Assembly (NCBI GenBank): GCA_019338205.1 | Contig: GCA_019338205.1_4761.1 | Direction: 5' to 3' (one strand) | DNA: 64,000 nucleotides | Source of the DNA: a phage | Shown: positions 42,340 through 50,985 of the stretch, piece by piece | Layout of the letters: the number at the start of each line of letters is the position of its first letter | Numbering within the stretch: the stretch's first letter is position 1 | Notes under the pieces: generated by a model | What the model was told of the DNA's origin: nothing | Databases searched by the model: none | Seen by the model: only the letters and a program-made list of their open reading frames with translations | Made by a program: the position numbers and the translations under genes

Positions 42340-42371
42340 TTTATCACCCTCAATTGATAAATAGTATTATG

Positions 42372-42379
42372 TATTTATA
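42372..42379 (-). promoter_or_regulatory. T4-type late promoter (TATAAATA) for gene 53
   Basis: Exact TATAAATA on minus strand 33 nt upstream of gp53 ATG in the divergent region. Confidence 0.5.
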
Positions 42380-42394
42380 ATAAAGGGTGCTAAA

Positions 42395-43090
42395 ATGGAC
42401 TATCAAAAACATTATGATCGATTAATTGAACGCGCAAAGCATAGAACGCTTGAAGGATATAAAGAAAAACATCATATTATTCCTCGTTGTATGGGAGGCG
42501 ATGATAGTCCAGAAAATATAGTTGAGTTAACGGGGTCTGAACATTTTGTTGCTCATCAACTTTTAGCAAAAATGCATCCAACACATCACGGAATTGTACA
42601 TGCGGCGAAAATATTGATGGGGTCTACCAACTATAACAATAAACAATTTGAGTGGGTAAGAAAACTTGCGGTCGAGACTTCAAGAAAATTTCATACAGGA
42701 AGAAAAAGATCCGAAGAGACTAGACGCAGAATATCAGAAGCAACTAAAGGAAAGAGAAAAGGAATTAAATTATCTGAGGAACATCGACAGAAATTATCTG
42801 CTTCATTAAAAGGTAGAGTGTTTACAGAAGAACATAAAAGAAATATTGCGTCAAGAGAAATTACACAAGAATGGAGAGACAACATCTCTAAAGCGGGTAA
42901 GGGTAGAAAGTTGTCACAAGAAAACGTAGAGAAATGGAAACGTATTCATAACACGCCAGAAATGAAACAAAAATATAGTGAATTGTCAAAGTCTCGTCCG
43001 TATTTCACCTGTCCTCATTGTGAAAAAACAGCCAATCAGGGAAATTATGTTAGATGGCATGGTGACAACTGCAAGAAGAAGGTGGTATAA
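42395..43090 (+). CDS. HNH homing endonuclease (Mob-like, NUMOD-type repeats, C-terminal Zn-ribbon)
   Basis: 231 aa; HNH core KHHIIPRCMGGDDSPENIVELTGSEHFVAH; repeated basic modules (GRKRSEETRRRISEATKGK, KLSEEHRQKLSASLKGR); CPHC; inserted between 53 and 4. Confidence 0.75.
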   Translation: MDYQKHYDRLIERAKHRTLEGYKEKHHIIPRCMGGDDSPENIVELTGSEHFVAHQLLAKMHPTHHGIVHAAKILMGSTNYNNKQFEWVRKLAVETSRKFHTGRKRSEETRRRISEATKGKRKGIKLSEEHRQKLSASLKGRVFTEEHKRNIASREITQEWRDNISKAGKGRKLSQENVEKWKRIHNTPEMKQKYSELSKSRPYFTCPHCEKTANQGNYVRWHGDNCKKKVV

Positions 43091-43563
43091 TGGGTAATTG
43101 CAACACATATAAGGGTAAATATAGACCTGAAAACCCGGAGAAGTATAAAGGCGACCTGAAAAAAATCGTCTACAGGTCAAGTTGGGAATTACATATAATG
43201 AAATTTTTAGACCGCAATCCTAGAGTTGCAAAATGGGGATCTGAGACCGTAGTAATTCCTTATGAGTCATCAACAGACGGAAAAAGACACAGATACTTTA
43301 TGGATTTTTACGTTAAGTTTGATGATGGCAAGGAGCATTTATGGGAAGTTAAACCAGCTAAAGAGACAAGGCCACCGGAAAAGCCAAAAAGAATGACCGC
43401 GAAGACAAAGCAACGATATATGCATGAAGTATGGACATACACAAAAAATACTGAAAAATGGTTAGCTGCCGTGAAATTATGCCAAAAGCATAACATGGAG
43501 TTTAAGATCATAACCGAACATGCATTAAAGAAAGTGTTTGGCTTTAAAGGGCTTAACAAATAG
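43090..43563 (+). CDS. 4: head completion nuclease gp4-like (PD-(D/E)xK fold)
   Basis: 157 aa; candidate D...EVK catalytic motif (FMDFYV...LWEVKP); position next to gene 2 as in T4. Confidence 0.55.
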   Translation: MGNCNTYKGKYRPENPEKYKGDLKKIVYRSSWELHIMKFLDRNPRVAKWGSETVVIPYESSTDGKRHRYFMDFYVKFDDGKEHLWEVKPAKETRPPEKPKRMTAKTKQRYMHEVWTYTKNTEKWLAAVKLCQKHNMEFKIITEHALKKVFGFKGLNK

Positions 43564-43574
43564 AGGATAATATT

Positions 43575-44396
43575 ATGAGCGTATTTGAAATAATCACAGA
43601 AGACGAAAAGCCGTCTCCCCAAAAACGAAAGTCTAAACAGTGGGTCGAATTGGGTGTAGAATTTGCGAAAGCAAAAGCCAAAGGCATGACAGCTAAAGCA
43701 TTTGCAGATTCTAAGGGAATAGCCTATGCGACTTTCACTAAAAGTATGTCTCGTTATGCCAGCGAAATTAAAACAGCAATAGAAGTTGAAAAACTAAAAG
43801 GGAAAAGTGCAAAGGGTCTCAATAAGCAGCAACGCGCAATGATGATGATTAATGATTTTCGTGCGTCTATGCGTGCTGTATCAAAGAGTCGTCCTAAAGA
43901 AAAATCACAGGAATGGTTTACTAAAACAATAAAAGCGGGAATAAAGGGACACCAGATTGTAAAACCGCAAGTAGGGCGAATCTATACCTTTATGTATGAT
44001 GCTAAGTATAAAGACACTTTGCCATATTGGGATGTTTTCCCACTGATCATTTGTCTGGGTGATTCTAAGACAAAGGCGGGTAATACTGTAATGCTGGGTC
44101 TTAACTTACACTATGTAACGCCTAAAGCCCGTCAGCAGTTTCTGGAAGCACTTTTAAAGCAATATGCATCTACTCCTACCTTGAGTAATAAAACACGCTT
44201 AAAAATCAAATGGAGCGATGTAAAAGGTATGCGTGGTAGTGACCACATGATCAAAGCATATCTACCGGGACACATTAAAACAAAACTTGTTGAGATTAGC
44301 CCGAAAGACTGGAGCAATATTATCTACCTTAACACATATAAATTTGTTTCTAAAGGTAAAAACTATGATGCAAGGAAGGTGTGGAAGGATGCTTAA
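43575..44396 (+). CDS. 2: DNA end protector protein gp2
   Basis: 273 aa (T4 gp2 274 aa); basic; RBS AGAGGA; synteny 4-2-3-1. Confidence 0.7.
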   Translation: MSVFEIITEDEKPSPQKRKSKQWVELGVEFAKAKAKGMTAKAFADSKGIAYATFTKSMSRYASEIKTAIEVEKLKGKSAKGLNKQQRAMMMINDFRASMRAVSKSRPKEKSQEWFTKTIKAGIKGHQIVKPQVGRIYTFMYDAKYKDTLPYWDVFPLIICLGDSKTKAGNTVMLGLNLHYVTPKARQQFLEALLKQYASTPTLSNKTRLKIKWSDVKGMRGSDHMIKAYLPGHIKTKLVEISPKDWSNIIYLNTYKFVSKGKNYDARKVWKDA

Positions 44397-45417
44397 TATT
44401 AATTCCGTGGGGAGCAATCCCCACGTTTATTATCTTCGTCAACCGGAAGAAATAGAATACAGAGTAAACAAGGTAACAAAATCTCCTAGAGAATTTGCGG
44501 ATAAAGTTATTGAAAGGTGTAAACTTGTCGACCATACATTCTTAGGATTTTCTGGAGAATGGAAAGGAAAATTGACTAGATCTGTTATCCAATGCAATAA
44601 GCATGGAACTGTCTATGATGTTTCCAGTAATAGTTTCTATGCTAAAAAGGTTATTGTTGGTTGCCCTCAATGTAGGGGAGTTATGACAGAAGAGGAAGCA
44701 ACCAAATTCATTGAAGAAAAATGTAAAGATCTTGATTATGAATTTTTGGGATTTGTTGGTGGCTGGAAATCACAAATTACTAAGATGATTCTTAGATGCA
44801 AGAAACATGACCATATTTGGAAGAATACAAAGTTCTTTGATTTTAAAAATCATGGTACATGTGGTTGTAAGAAATGTGCGGCTGAACAATTTAAGACGGA
44901 ATATGTCGTTCCCGTGGAAGATGCACTATCTAGAATAGAAGATAAATGTAAAAAGTTAGGGTATGAATATATAGGTGTCGATGGTGAATGGATAGGTACT
45001 GCAAATTCATGGATAAAACTTAAATGTACAAAACATGACGCAGAATTTTCTGTAAGATATTGTACGTTCAACAGAAATGCTAAAGGGTGTCCGAAATGTA
45101 GTTCTTCTGGCTATCGTCCATCTGAGATGGGATATTTTTATATCCAGACGTTAGATGATAAATTTATAAAGTTTGGTGTAACCAATGAATTACCGGAAAC
45201 CAGAATGAAACAACATATGCAGAAATCTAAGTTTGTTCACAAACTTGTTTACGTCAAACAAAGTGTTGATGGCTGGATTCCGTGGGAACTTGAAAAGGAA
45301 ATAAAGAGAACTTATCATTGTGGCGTTGTTGATAAATCCATGTTGAAAGATGGATACACAGAAACTTTACCAATCACGGAACTTGATAACATAATTAAAT
45401 TAGCTGATACATATTAA
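44389..45417 (+). CDS. three-fold Zn-ribbon repeat protein with C-terminal T5orf172 (GIY-YIG-like) domain
   Basis: Three about 60 aa repeats (FLGF.GEW.G...C.KH...C.C, each ending CPQC / GCKKC / GCPKC) then GYFYIQTLDDKFIKFGVTNE...; start at ATG 44389 (RBS GGAAGG); inserted between 2 and 3. Confidence 0.5.
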   Translation: MLNINSVGSNPHVYYLRQPEEIEYRVNKVTKSPREFADKVIERCKLVDHTFLGFSGEWKGKLTRSVIQCNKHGTVYDVSSNSFYAKKVIVGCPQCRGVMTEEEATKFIEEKCKDLDYEFLGFVGGWKSQITKMILRCKKHDHIWKNTKFFDFKNHGTCGCKKCAAEQFKTEYVVPVEDALSRIEDKCKKLGYEYIGVDGEWIGTANSWIKLKCTKHDAEFSVRYCTFNRNAKGCPKCSSSGYRPSEMGYFYIQTLDDKFIKFGVTNELPETRMKQHMQKSKFVHKLVYVKQSVDGWIPWELEKEIKRTYHCGVVDKSMLKDGYTETLPITELDNIIKLADTY

Positions 45418-45423
45418 AATTAA

Positions 45424-45446
45424 GCCCGTCATTGACGGGCTTTTTA
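45424..45446 (+). terminator. intrinsic terminator
   Basis: gcccgtc-att-gacgggc hairpin followed by TTTTT. Confidence 0.55.
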
Positions 45447-45701
45447 TTATAGATCGATAGCATGAGCATAACCATGTAAGAAGTCTTTTAATTCTTCCTT
45501 ATTGGTAACACGCTGTAAAATCTCTAATGCCTTGTCGCGATCACGTAATGCACCTGAAAGGGATTTTATTTGGTCATCCCTTTCTGCAATCTGCTTAAGC
45601 AGATCTGTATTGCATTTAGACAAATAGAGAACTTCACCCCGCAATGTTGCCAATTCGTTATCCAGACGATCATAGAGTTTTAACAAAATGTCTTCTGTCA
45701 T
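45447..45701 (-). CDS. hypothetical coiled-coil protein (84 aa), convergent
   Basis: Heptad-like Leu spacing; only minus-strand gene inside the plus-strand 4-2-3-1 block. Confidence 0.35.
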   Translation of the reverse strand: MTEDILLKLYDRLDNELATLRGEVLYLSKCNTDLLKQIAERDDQIKSLSGALRDRDKALEILQRVTNKEELKDFLHGYAHAIDL

Positions 45702-45761
45702 AAGAAGTCCTCGTATAGTACCCGTTTTATTTATTACTGTATAAAAATATAGTTATTGGTT

Positions 45762-45815
45762 AAAATATAACCAAAACGAAGAAAGATCTTTAGAATAATA
45801 GAAAATTTGTTTCGG
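45762..45815. repeat. intergenic repeat element, copy C
   Basis: aaaatataaccaaaacgaagaaagatctttagaataatagaaaatttgtttcgg; same motif as 8698-8752 and 8847-8900. Confidence 0.5.
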
Positions 45816-45891
45816 TTAAAAAGTAGTCAGTGCCTCCGGCACGTCGCAAAGCGACAATTGTTAATAAATATTTTCATTTGAGGAATCAGTA

Positions 45892-46482
45892 ATGTCTAAT
45901 CTCTTTAACTATGCTAACCCCAGCAACTGGCAGATCAATATTCCAGATGGACAACTAACAAAAGGCTTTACTTTAAATGCTCAAGGTGTTACACTTCCGG
46001 CTATAACCATTCCACCGACTAAGCAAGTTGCTGGTCAATATGGTTTGGCGGTCGCTGATTATCCGTCTAGTCATGTGGAGTTTGACCCGTTGGTAGTCCG
46101 GTTTATTGTCGATGAGCATTTGGAAAGCTATCTAAACCTTTACACATGGATGCTTTCTATAGTAGACTACAATAACGGTAACTCCACTGCGTGGAAGGAT
46201 TCAATGCCGGAAGCCGTTCAAGTTCACATGATGGACAACGAACGCCGTAACATTGTGTGCACTTTTAACTTTTATGGTTGTTGGTGTTCACAATTGGGGG
46301 AACTTGAGTTAACATACACCGATGATATGCATGAATCTCTGGTATGTACTGCAATTCTTCCATTTAAAACGATGAGCATTGAACGTGATGGTCAGCTGAT
46401 CGTTCCTCGCCCAGCAATTCAGGCGGCGGATCGTCAGAGGGTGGAAGGTATTAAAGCTATGCACCCTGCTTTTAGAAAGTAA
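45892..46482 (+). CDS. 3: tail completion / sheath stabilizer protein gp3-like
   Basis: 196 aa; RBS GAGGA; synteny between 2 and 1. Confidence 0.55.
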   Translation: MSNLFNYANPSNWQINIPDGQLTKGFTLNAQGVTLPAITIPPTKQVAGQYGLAVADYPSSHVEFDPLVVRFIVDEHLESYLNLYTWMLSIVDYNNGNSTAWKDSMPEAVQVHMMDNERRNIVCTFNFYGCWCSQLGELELTYTDDMHESLVCTAILPFKTMSIERDGQLIVPRPAIQAADRQRVEGIKAMHPAFRK

Positions 46483-46497
46483 TAAGAGGCTTATATA

Positions 46498-47154
46498 ATG
46501 AAATTGATTGCACTTTGTGGTAAAAAGCGAGTAGGAAAAGATACTGCCGCGTTAATCATTGATGGACACAGTTATCAACTGGCAGCACCGATCAAAGAAA
46601 TCTTATGCGAATGTCAACCAGACTTAGGTCTGACTTATCTTGACTTTGACGGGTTAGGTCGTGACAGAGAAGCCGATCTAGGTATTGATACCTATACCGC
46701 GCATAAGTGGTTTATTCAGTGTCTGCTTATGCTAGATTCGAAGTATGGCGGTAGTTCCTTTACTTGTGATCGTCTGGCTGAGATTTACAAGGTCGTTAAT
46801 GAGATCGGCGAAAAACATAATAACGTCTGGTCTATTCGTCTCATGTTAACCACTCTCGGTACTGATATAATGGTTAACTTGATCAATCCGCTTTATTGGT
46901 GTAATCTCTTCGTGAATGAGTTTATGAAGCGCAAAAATGAAGAAGGGTATTTTGTAGTGGTTGATGTGCGTCAGCCTATTGAAATTGCTCTTATGCGTGC
47001 TATGGGTGCTAAGGTGTTGCATATTCAGCGTGATACTGGTATTGTATCGACTCACTCCACCGAAAAAGGAATTTTGCCTATTGACGGTGAAACAGTTATC
47101 ATAAATAATGGCACATTAGAAGAATTTGAAAGCGAGATTCTCGCGAACATTTAA
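46498..47154 (+). CDS. 1: deoxynucleoside monophosphate kinase gp1
   Basis: 218 aa; P-loop MKLIALCGKKRVGKDT and ...LGTDIMVN... align with recalled T4 gp1. Confidence 0.9.
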   Translation: MKLIALCGKKRVGKDTAALIIDGHSYQLAAPIKEILCECQPDLGLTYLDFDGLGRDREADLGIDTYTAHKWFIQCLLMLDSKYGGSSFTCDRLAEIYKVVNEIGEKHNNVWSIRLMLTTLGTDIMVNLINPLYWCNLFVNEFMKRKNEEGYFVVVDVRQPIEIALMRAMGAKVLHIQRDTGIVSTHSTEKGILPIDGETVIINNGTLEEFESEILANI

Positions 47155-47186
47155 TAAAAAGTTATCAACAAGTAGGAGATGTGAAT

Positions 47187-47447
47187 ATGTCCAATCAGCA
47201 TGAACAAATGATTAATGTCCTGAAAGTACGTCTGTTTGACACTCAAGAAAAGGCCGCATTCTTAGAAGGCCAACTGAAAGATCGTGAGCGTGTATTGATG
47301 GAACTGGTACGCATTCTGGGTATTCAGCCAGACGAAAACGGGACTGTTTCCCTTGATGCTATTGTCGAAGAAGTGAAAGCACTTCTCCCTAAAGACGAAG
47401 CAGCGGAAGACGCAGAAGAGGAAGTAGAACTGATCACGGAGGCTTGA
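47187..47447 (+). CDS. 57A: tail fiber assembly chaperone gp57A-like
   Basis: 86 aa acidic coiled-coil; RBS AGGAG; pattern ...RLFDTQEKAA...GTVSLDAIVEEVKAL... resembles T4 gp57A. Confidence 0.65.
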   Translation: MSNQHEQMINVLKVRLFDTQEKAAFLEGQLKDRERVLMELVRILGIQPDENGTVSLDAIVEEVKALLPKDEAAEDAEEEVELITEA

Positions 47448-47449
47448 TT

Positions 47450-47914
47450 ATGACCCCGTTTAGAGAATCCGTTAAAGGTACATATGCGGCGGTTAAATTC
47501 ACTGAGGATACACTAGACCGCATTGAAAAATTGCAGGAGTTCTACGATCTGCCTAATGCCGTTCCTCGTGATAAACTGCATAGCACTATCTTATATTCTC
47601 GTGTCTATGTTCCGTTTATCCCAGAAGAAGGGGAGAAGTTCTTAGGCTCTCTATGCCATCTGAAAGTGTTTGAAACTCAATCCGGTACTAATGCGCTTGT
47701 GCTGGCATTTGAAAGCGACTACATGCAATTCAGACACGATATCGGCACTGCTTTAGGTGCGACGTGGGATTATCCTGAATATGTACCGCATATCACGCTT
47801 TCTTATGATGTTGGTGCGCGTAAATTTGGCACTGACCTAGAGTTCGATTTAGAGATTGTCCGATCTCATGAGTATGTCGAAGATCTGGATCTGGAGTGGA
47901 CGACCAAACTGTAA
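47450..47914 (+). CDS. 57B: gp57B-like protein, 2H phosphoesterase-type motifs
   Basis: 154 aa; two H-x-T-x motifs (HSTILYS, HITLSY); RBS GGAGG; track start 47444 is TTG. Confidence 0.6.
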   Translation: MTPFRESVKGTYAAVKFTEDTLDRIEKLQEFYDLPNAVPRDKLHSTILYSRVYVPFIPEEGEKFLGSLCHLKVFETQSGTNALVLAFESDYMQFRHDIGTALGATWDYPEYVPHITLSYDVGARKFGTDLEFDLEIVRSHEYVEDLDLEWTTKL

Positions 47915-47921
47915 TTCTATA

Positions 47922-47946
47922 CCCCGAAAATTTTTCGGGGTTTTTT
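47922..47946 (+). terminator. intrinsic terminator (PeSL stem-loop)
   Basis: ccccgaaaa-t-ttttcgggg palindrome plus TTTTTTG. Confidence 0.65.
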
Positions 47947-47957
47947 GTTTTTAGTTG

Positions 47958-47986
47958 TTGACAACCATAAACGACTATAGCATAAT
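47958..47986 (+). promoter_or_regulatory. early promoter cassette type I (TTGACA-17-CATAAT plus conserved leader)
   Basis: TTGACA, 17 nt, tagCATAAT, then conserved leader ATCGAAACGAAACAC...GGAGAATCAAA-ATG. Confidence 0.6.
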
Positions 47987-48023
47987 GCACATATCGAAAC
48001 GAAACACACTTAGGAGAATCAAA

Positions 48024-48404
48024 ATGATGATGATGATGTTTAAAGATAAATTCGAATGTCACTACACCCGTAACTTTGACTTAGTATCCCGCTACTACAT
48101 TCATAAAGAAACTGGCACGCAAGTAGTTCTTGAATCTCACAGCGAAGTAGGATTCGATTCAACAAAAGTAGCAATTAGTGCTCGCTTCTGGGATAACGGC
48201 AAATTTGCTTATATCGCTTGGAACGACGACGAAAATATAATTACAGTAGCTTTCGGTGATGACTACTACACTAAAAAGACTTTCGATAGTAAGCCATCAA
48301 ATGAATACCTGAAAGCGTATGTGCAGCACATGTTCCAACGTGTTCTGACCGGAATGGAAATCAATGTCATGAAAGACATTGTAGACGAAGTAAAATATTC
48401 TTAA
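48024..48404 (+). CDS. early hypothetical protein (126 aa)
   Basis: ATG 13 nt after conserved GGAGAATCAAA leader. Confidence 0.55.
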   Translation: MMMMMFKDKFECHYTRNFDLVSRYYIHKETGTQVVLESHSEVGFDSTKVAISARFWDNGKFAYIAWNDDENIITVAFGDDYYTKKTFDSKPSNEYLKAYVQHMFQRVLTGMEINVMKDIVDEVKYS

Positions 48405-48410
48405 AAATAG

Positions 48411-48439
48411 TTGACAACATGAAACGGGGGTAGTAAGAT
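48411..48439 (+). promoter_or_regulatory. early promoter cassette type II (TTGACA with G5-N10-C5 inverted repeat over -10)
   Basis: TTGACA at 48411; cggggg-tagtaagata-ccccc; leader CGAAAGGAGAATCAAA-ATG. Confidence 0.5.
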
Positions 48440-48470
48440 ACCCCCACAAACAAACGAAAGGAGAATCAAA

Positions 48471-48629
48471 ATGAAATTCATCGGTAAAACTTTTATGTTC
48501 GTAGCTGGTACTCTGTTTACTGCAACTCTGTTAGCTGGTGGCTTAGATATCTTTACTGCCTTTGAAACTTTCGGGTATACTGTAGCATCGGGTGCTCTCT
48601 TCGGATTGGGTTTAGCGATTAGCAAATAA
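48471..48629 (+). CDS. small hydrophobic protein (52 aa)
   Basis: MKFIGKTFMFVAGTLFTATLLAGG...; behind type II cassette; below track cutoff. Confidence 0.45.
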   Translation: MKFIGKTFMFVAGTLFTATLLAGGLDIFTAFETFGYTVASGALFGLGLAISK

Positions 48630-48638
48630 GGTGATAAT

Positions 48639-48842
48639 ATGGAATTGGATATGGTTAAAGCAAAATTTATGGGTAAGGATAAGAGCGGTAAAACATTTGT
48701 TATTAATAGAACATTGTTTAGCTCTGACCTTAAGTGGGTAACACAACAATTTGCGGAAGTCAACGAGGCAGTTGTGACATGCTTCGTTGATGGTAAAAAA
48801 GTTTTTGAAATTGATCGTCGTGGGGTGTCTAATGATCGCTAA
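48639..48842 (+). CDS. hypothetical protein (67 aa)
   Basis: RBS AAGGTGA. Confidence 0.45.
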   Translation: MELDMVKAKFMGKDKSGKTFVINRTLFSSDLKWVTQQFAEVNEAVVTCFVDGKKVFEIDRRGVSNDR

Positions 48843-49029
48843 ACTGTTTAGCAATACTTTGTTTCTGATTGCATTTGTTTTCTTTCTGTGTCTGATCATC
48901 GGTGTGATTGCAGTCGGTAGTTATTCCGGTATTACAATAGATGATTTTTGTATGTTGGTTTTCTTTTCAAGTGTTCCTACACTCCTGATCGCTGTATGTG
49001 GTGCTTTTAGATGGATCTGTGATCTATGA
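48832..49029 (+). CDS. small membrane protein (65 aa)
   Basis: Internal ATG of track ORF 48787-49029; two TM helices; overlaps upstream stop. Confidence 0.4.
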   Translation: MIAKLFSNTLFLIAFVFFLCLIIGVIAVGSYSGITIDDFCMLVFFSSVPTLLIAVCGAFRWICDL

Positions 49030-49136
49030 CTGAACAGGAACGAATGATGTTGATAGGTGGACCTGAGTTCACTAAATTTGATGCAATTCTTATTGCGTTT
49101 GGTTTTCTTATGATCTGTTGTATGGTGGCGCTATGA
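49026..49136 (+). CDS. mini membrane protein (36 aa)
   Basis: ATGA overlaps at both ends suggest translational coupling; hydrophobic C-terminus. Confidence 0.3.
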   Translation: MTEQERMMLIGGPEFTKFDAILIAFGFLMICCMVAL

Positions 49137-49357
49137 GTAGTATAAAATATTTCGCTTTCTTGTGCTTTATGATGTTCTTTACATTCTTTGCATGTGTTTT
49201 CTTTACCTGGCTTGCTCATGTTGATAATGCAACCGGACCGTTTTACTTCTTCTGTGTATTGTCTGTGTTGACTGGTGCTCTTGTTACGTGGATGATTCGA
49301 GATTGTTACGGAATGTATAAGTTTGAAAAGACTCGACCGAAATGGGGCAAACGATGA
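49133..49357 (+). CDS. small membrane protein (74 aa)
   Basis: In-frame ATG of track ORF 49118-49357; two TM helices. Confidence 0.4.
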   Translation: MSSIKYFAFLCFMMFFTFFACVFFTWLAHVDNATGPFYFFCVLSVLTGALVTWMIRDCYGMYKFEKTRPKWGKR

Positions 49358-49536
49358 AATTATTTGCGTGGCTAATTATTTTAAATGTAATTGTTAAGAC
49401 CTTTCTCGCTGGTCTGATGATGGCGCATAGCACGAAACCAGAAGAAGCATTAACGTATTTTGTTGCTTATGTGCTGGGATTCTTGCTTACTGCGTGGATG
49501 TGTGATGAATATCGAAGAATTGAGGTAAAACCATGA
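49354..49536 (+). CDS. small membrane protein (60 aa)
   Basis: ATGA overlap with upstream gene; hydrophobic. Confidence 0.4.
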   Translation: MKLFAWLIILNVIVKTFLAGLMMAHSTKPEEALTYFVAYVLGFLLTAWMCDEYRRIEVKP

Positions 49537-49751
49537 AAATGACTTTTTATATCTTAGCAAGTATCATGCTTGTGATCTCTTCTGCATTATTTGCATTTCT
49601 TACCGTTTGGGGGATCTGTACTGATGCGAAGCCGTGGGATATCGTAGAAAATACGGTTATGTTTATTATTAGTGTCATGTGTCTTTTTGATGCATTTAAC
49701 TCTATCAAGGAAGAAGACCAAAAACGTCGCGATAGAAAGCGATATAAATAA
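49533..49751 (+). CDS. small membrane protein (72 aa)
   Basis: RBS GAGGT; two TM helices and basic C-terminal tail. Confidence 0.45.
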   Translation: MKMTFYILASIMLVISSALFAFLTVWGICTDAKPWDIVENTVMFIISVMCLFDAFNSIKEEDQKRRDRKRYK

Positions 49752-49899
49752 TAGTGAACTAAAGACAGCGCGGTTAGAATGATTTGGACGTCACCTAGCC
49801 GCATTTATTGCAGCGTATGGGCGATCCGGTACGCTAAAGCATTCACTTGCTAGGCCGCTAGCAGGTTGGAGACAAGGAAGATTCGCTACCTTCCCTATA

Positions 49900-49926
49900 A
49901 GCCACTCTTCGGAGTGGCTTTTTTAT
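49900..49926 (+). terminator. intrinsic terminator (PeSL stem-loop)
   Basis: agccactc-ttcg-gagtggct plus TTTTTT. Confidence 0.65.
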
Positions 49927-49952
49927 TGCCTAAAATTTTTTTAAAAAAGTTG

Positions 49953-49981
49953 TTGACACCAGATCCGGCCTATAGCATAAT
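49953..49981 (+). promoter_or_regulatory. early promoter cassette type I
   Basis: A-rich upstream tract, TTGACA-17-CATAAT, conserved leader, ATG 50028. Confidence 0.6.
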
Positions 49982-50027
49982 ACACCCATCGAAACGAAAC
50001 ACACTTTCTTAAACGGAGAATCAAATT

Positions 50028-50213
50028 ATGGCACGTCGCATCACTAAAGCACTGAAAGCAGTAAGCAAAGAAAACGTAGTAGCTATTCTGGTAATCTGGG
50101 GTTATAACGAAGAATCCGCTAAACAGAAAGTTGAAGCAGGGTTTGAACTGGCAGTAAAAGCAATGCCGAATGATGACTCTGTAGGACTGGCAAACTATAT
50201 TGCATATTTCTGA
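50028..50213 (+). CDS. early hypothetical protein (61 aa)
   Basis: Behind type I cassette. Confidence 0.5.
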   Translation: MARRITKALKAVSKENVVAILVIWGYNEESAKQKVEAGFELAVKAMPNDDSVGLANYIAYF

Positions 50214-50221
50214 TAAAAGTG

Positions 50222-50250
50222 TTGACAGGGGAGGATAACTCCCCTACAAT
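50222..50250 (+). promoter_or_regulatory. early promoter cassette type II (TTGACA, ggggag-gataa-ctcccc, TACAAT)
   Basis: Inverted repeat fills the spacer between -35 and -10. Confidence 0.5.
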
Positions 50251-50279
50251 ACAACCATCAACGAAACGGGAGAATCAAA

Positions 50280-50507
50280 ATGATTAACTTTAAAGACGCA
50301 GCAAAAGAAATTATCGACTTTGAGCGCGAACTGTTTGAGATTGAACCGCAGATGGGTAAAATGGAACTGGCTAACCAGATCTGGGCTACTAGACTGAATC
50401 CGACTGACCGCTTAGAGATCATGAACCTTGTAGGTGCAAGCGACATGAAAGGTGGTGCGATGGCTAAACTCCGTAAATGCACCGCATACATTGCAGAACA
50501 ACTTTAA
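50280..50507 (+). CDS. early hypothetical protein (75 aa)
   Basis: Behind type II cassette. Confidence 0.5.
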   Translation: MINFKDAAKEIIDFERELFEIEPQMGKMELANQIWATRLNPTDRLEIMNLVGASDMKGGAMAKLRKCTAYIAEQL

Positions 50508-50519
50508 TTGGAGGGTTTT

Positions 50520-50708
50520 ATGGGAGAGAAACCATTAACGCAACTGAGAGTACGCTATTATCAGATCTTAGCATTGCTTAACGCTGAGGGCGTAGATCCA
50601 TCGGACCGCGAGGCTGTAAAAGCGTGCTTATCTGATACGGTACAGCCAAAACAAAATTATGCTTGCTATATGTACTTTCAAAATCGTTTGAATAACGTTA
50701 AGTGTTGA
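50520..50708 (+). CDS. early hypothetical protein (62 aa)
   Basis: RBS GGAGGG then ATG 50520; track start 50508 is TTG. Confidence 0.45.
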   Translation: MGEKPLTQLRVRYYQILALLNAEGVDPSDREAVKACLSDTVQPKQNYACYMYFQNRLNNVKC

Positions 50709-50717
50709 GGTGATACT

Positions 50718-50906
50718 ATGGAAGACCAAATTGAACAATTACGCGAATCCGCTAAAGAGCATGGTATGAGCGAAGAGTTTGTAGAATGGTTTATTTCTAA
50801 AAAGGCTGATTCCTGCGGGTGCTTTACCTTCATCACTATGTCCATTATGTGGGAGGGTTGGAAAGGTGCTGTAGAAACTGCTCTAGAAATTATGAAAAAA
50901 GACTAA
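50718..50906 (+). CDS. early hypothetical protein (62 aa)
   Basis: RBS GAGG. Confidence 0.45.
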   Translation: MEDQIEQLRESAKEHGMSEEFVEWFISKKADSCGCFTFITMSIMWEGWKGAVETALEIMKKD

Positions 50907-50914
50907 AAAAGTTG

Positions 50915-50943
50915 TTGACACACGAGAGGGTGTATAGCATAAT
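50915..50943 (+). promoter_or_regulatory. early promoter cassette type I
   Basis: aaaaaaGTTGTTGACA-17-CATAAT then conserved leader; ATG 50986. Confidence 0.6.
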
Positions 50944-50985
50944 ACACCCATCGAAACGAAACACGAACTACTAAGGAGTATCAAA

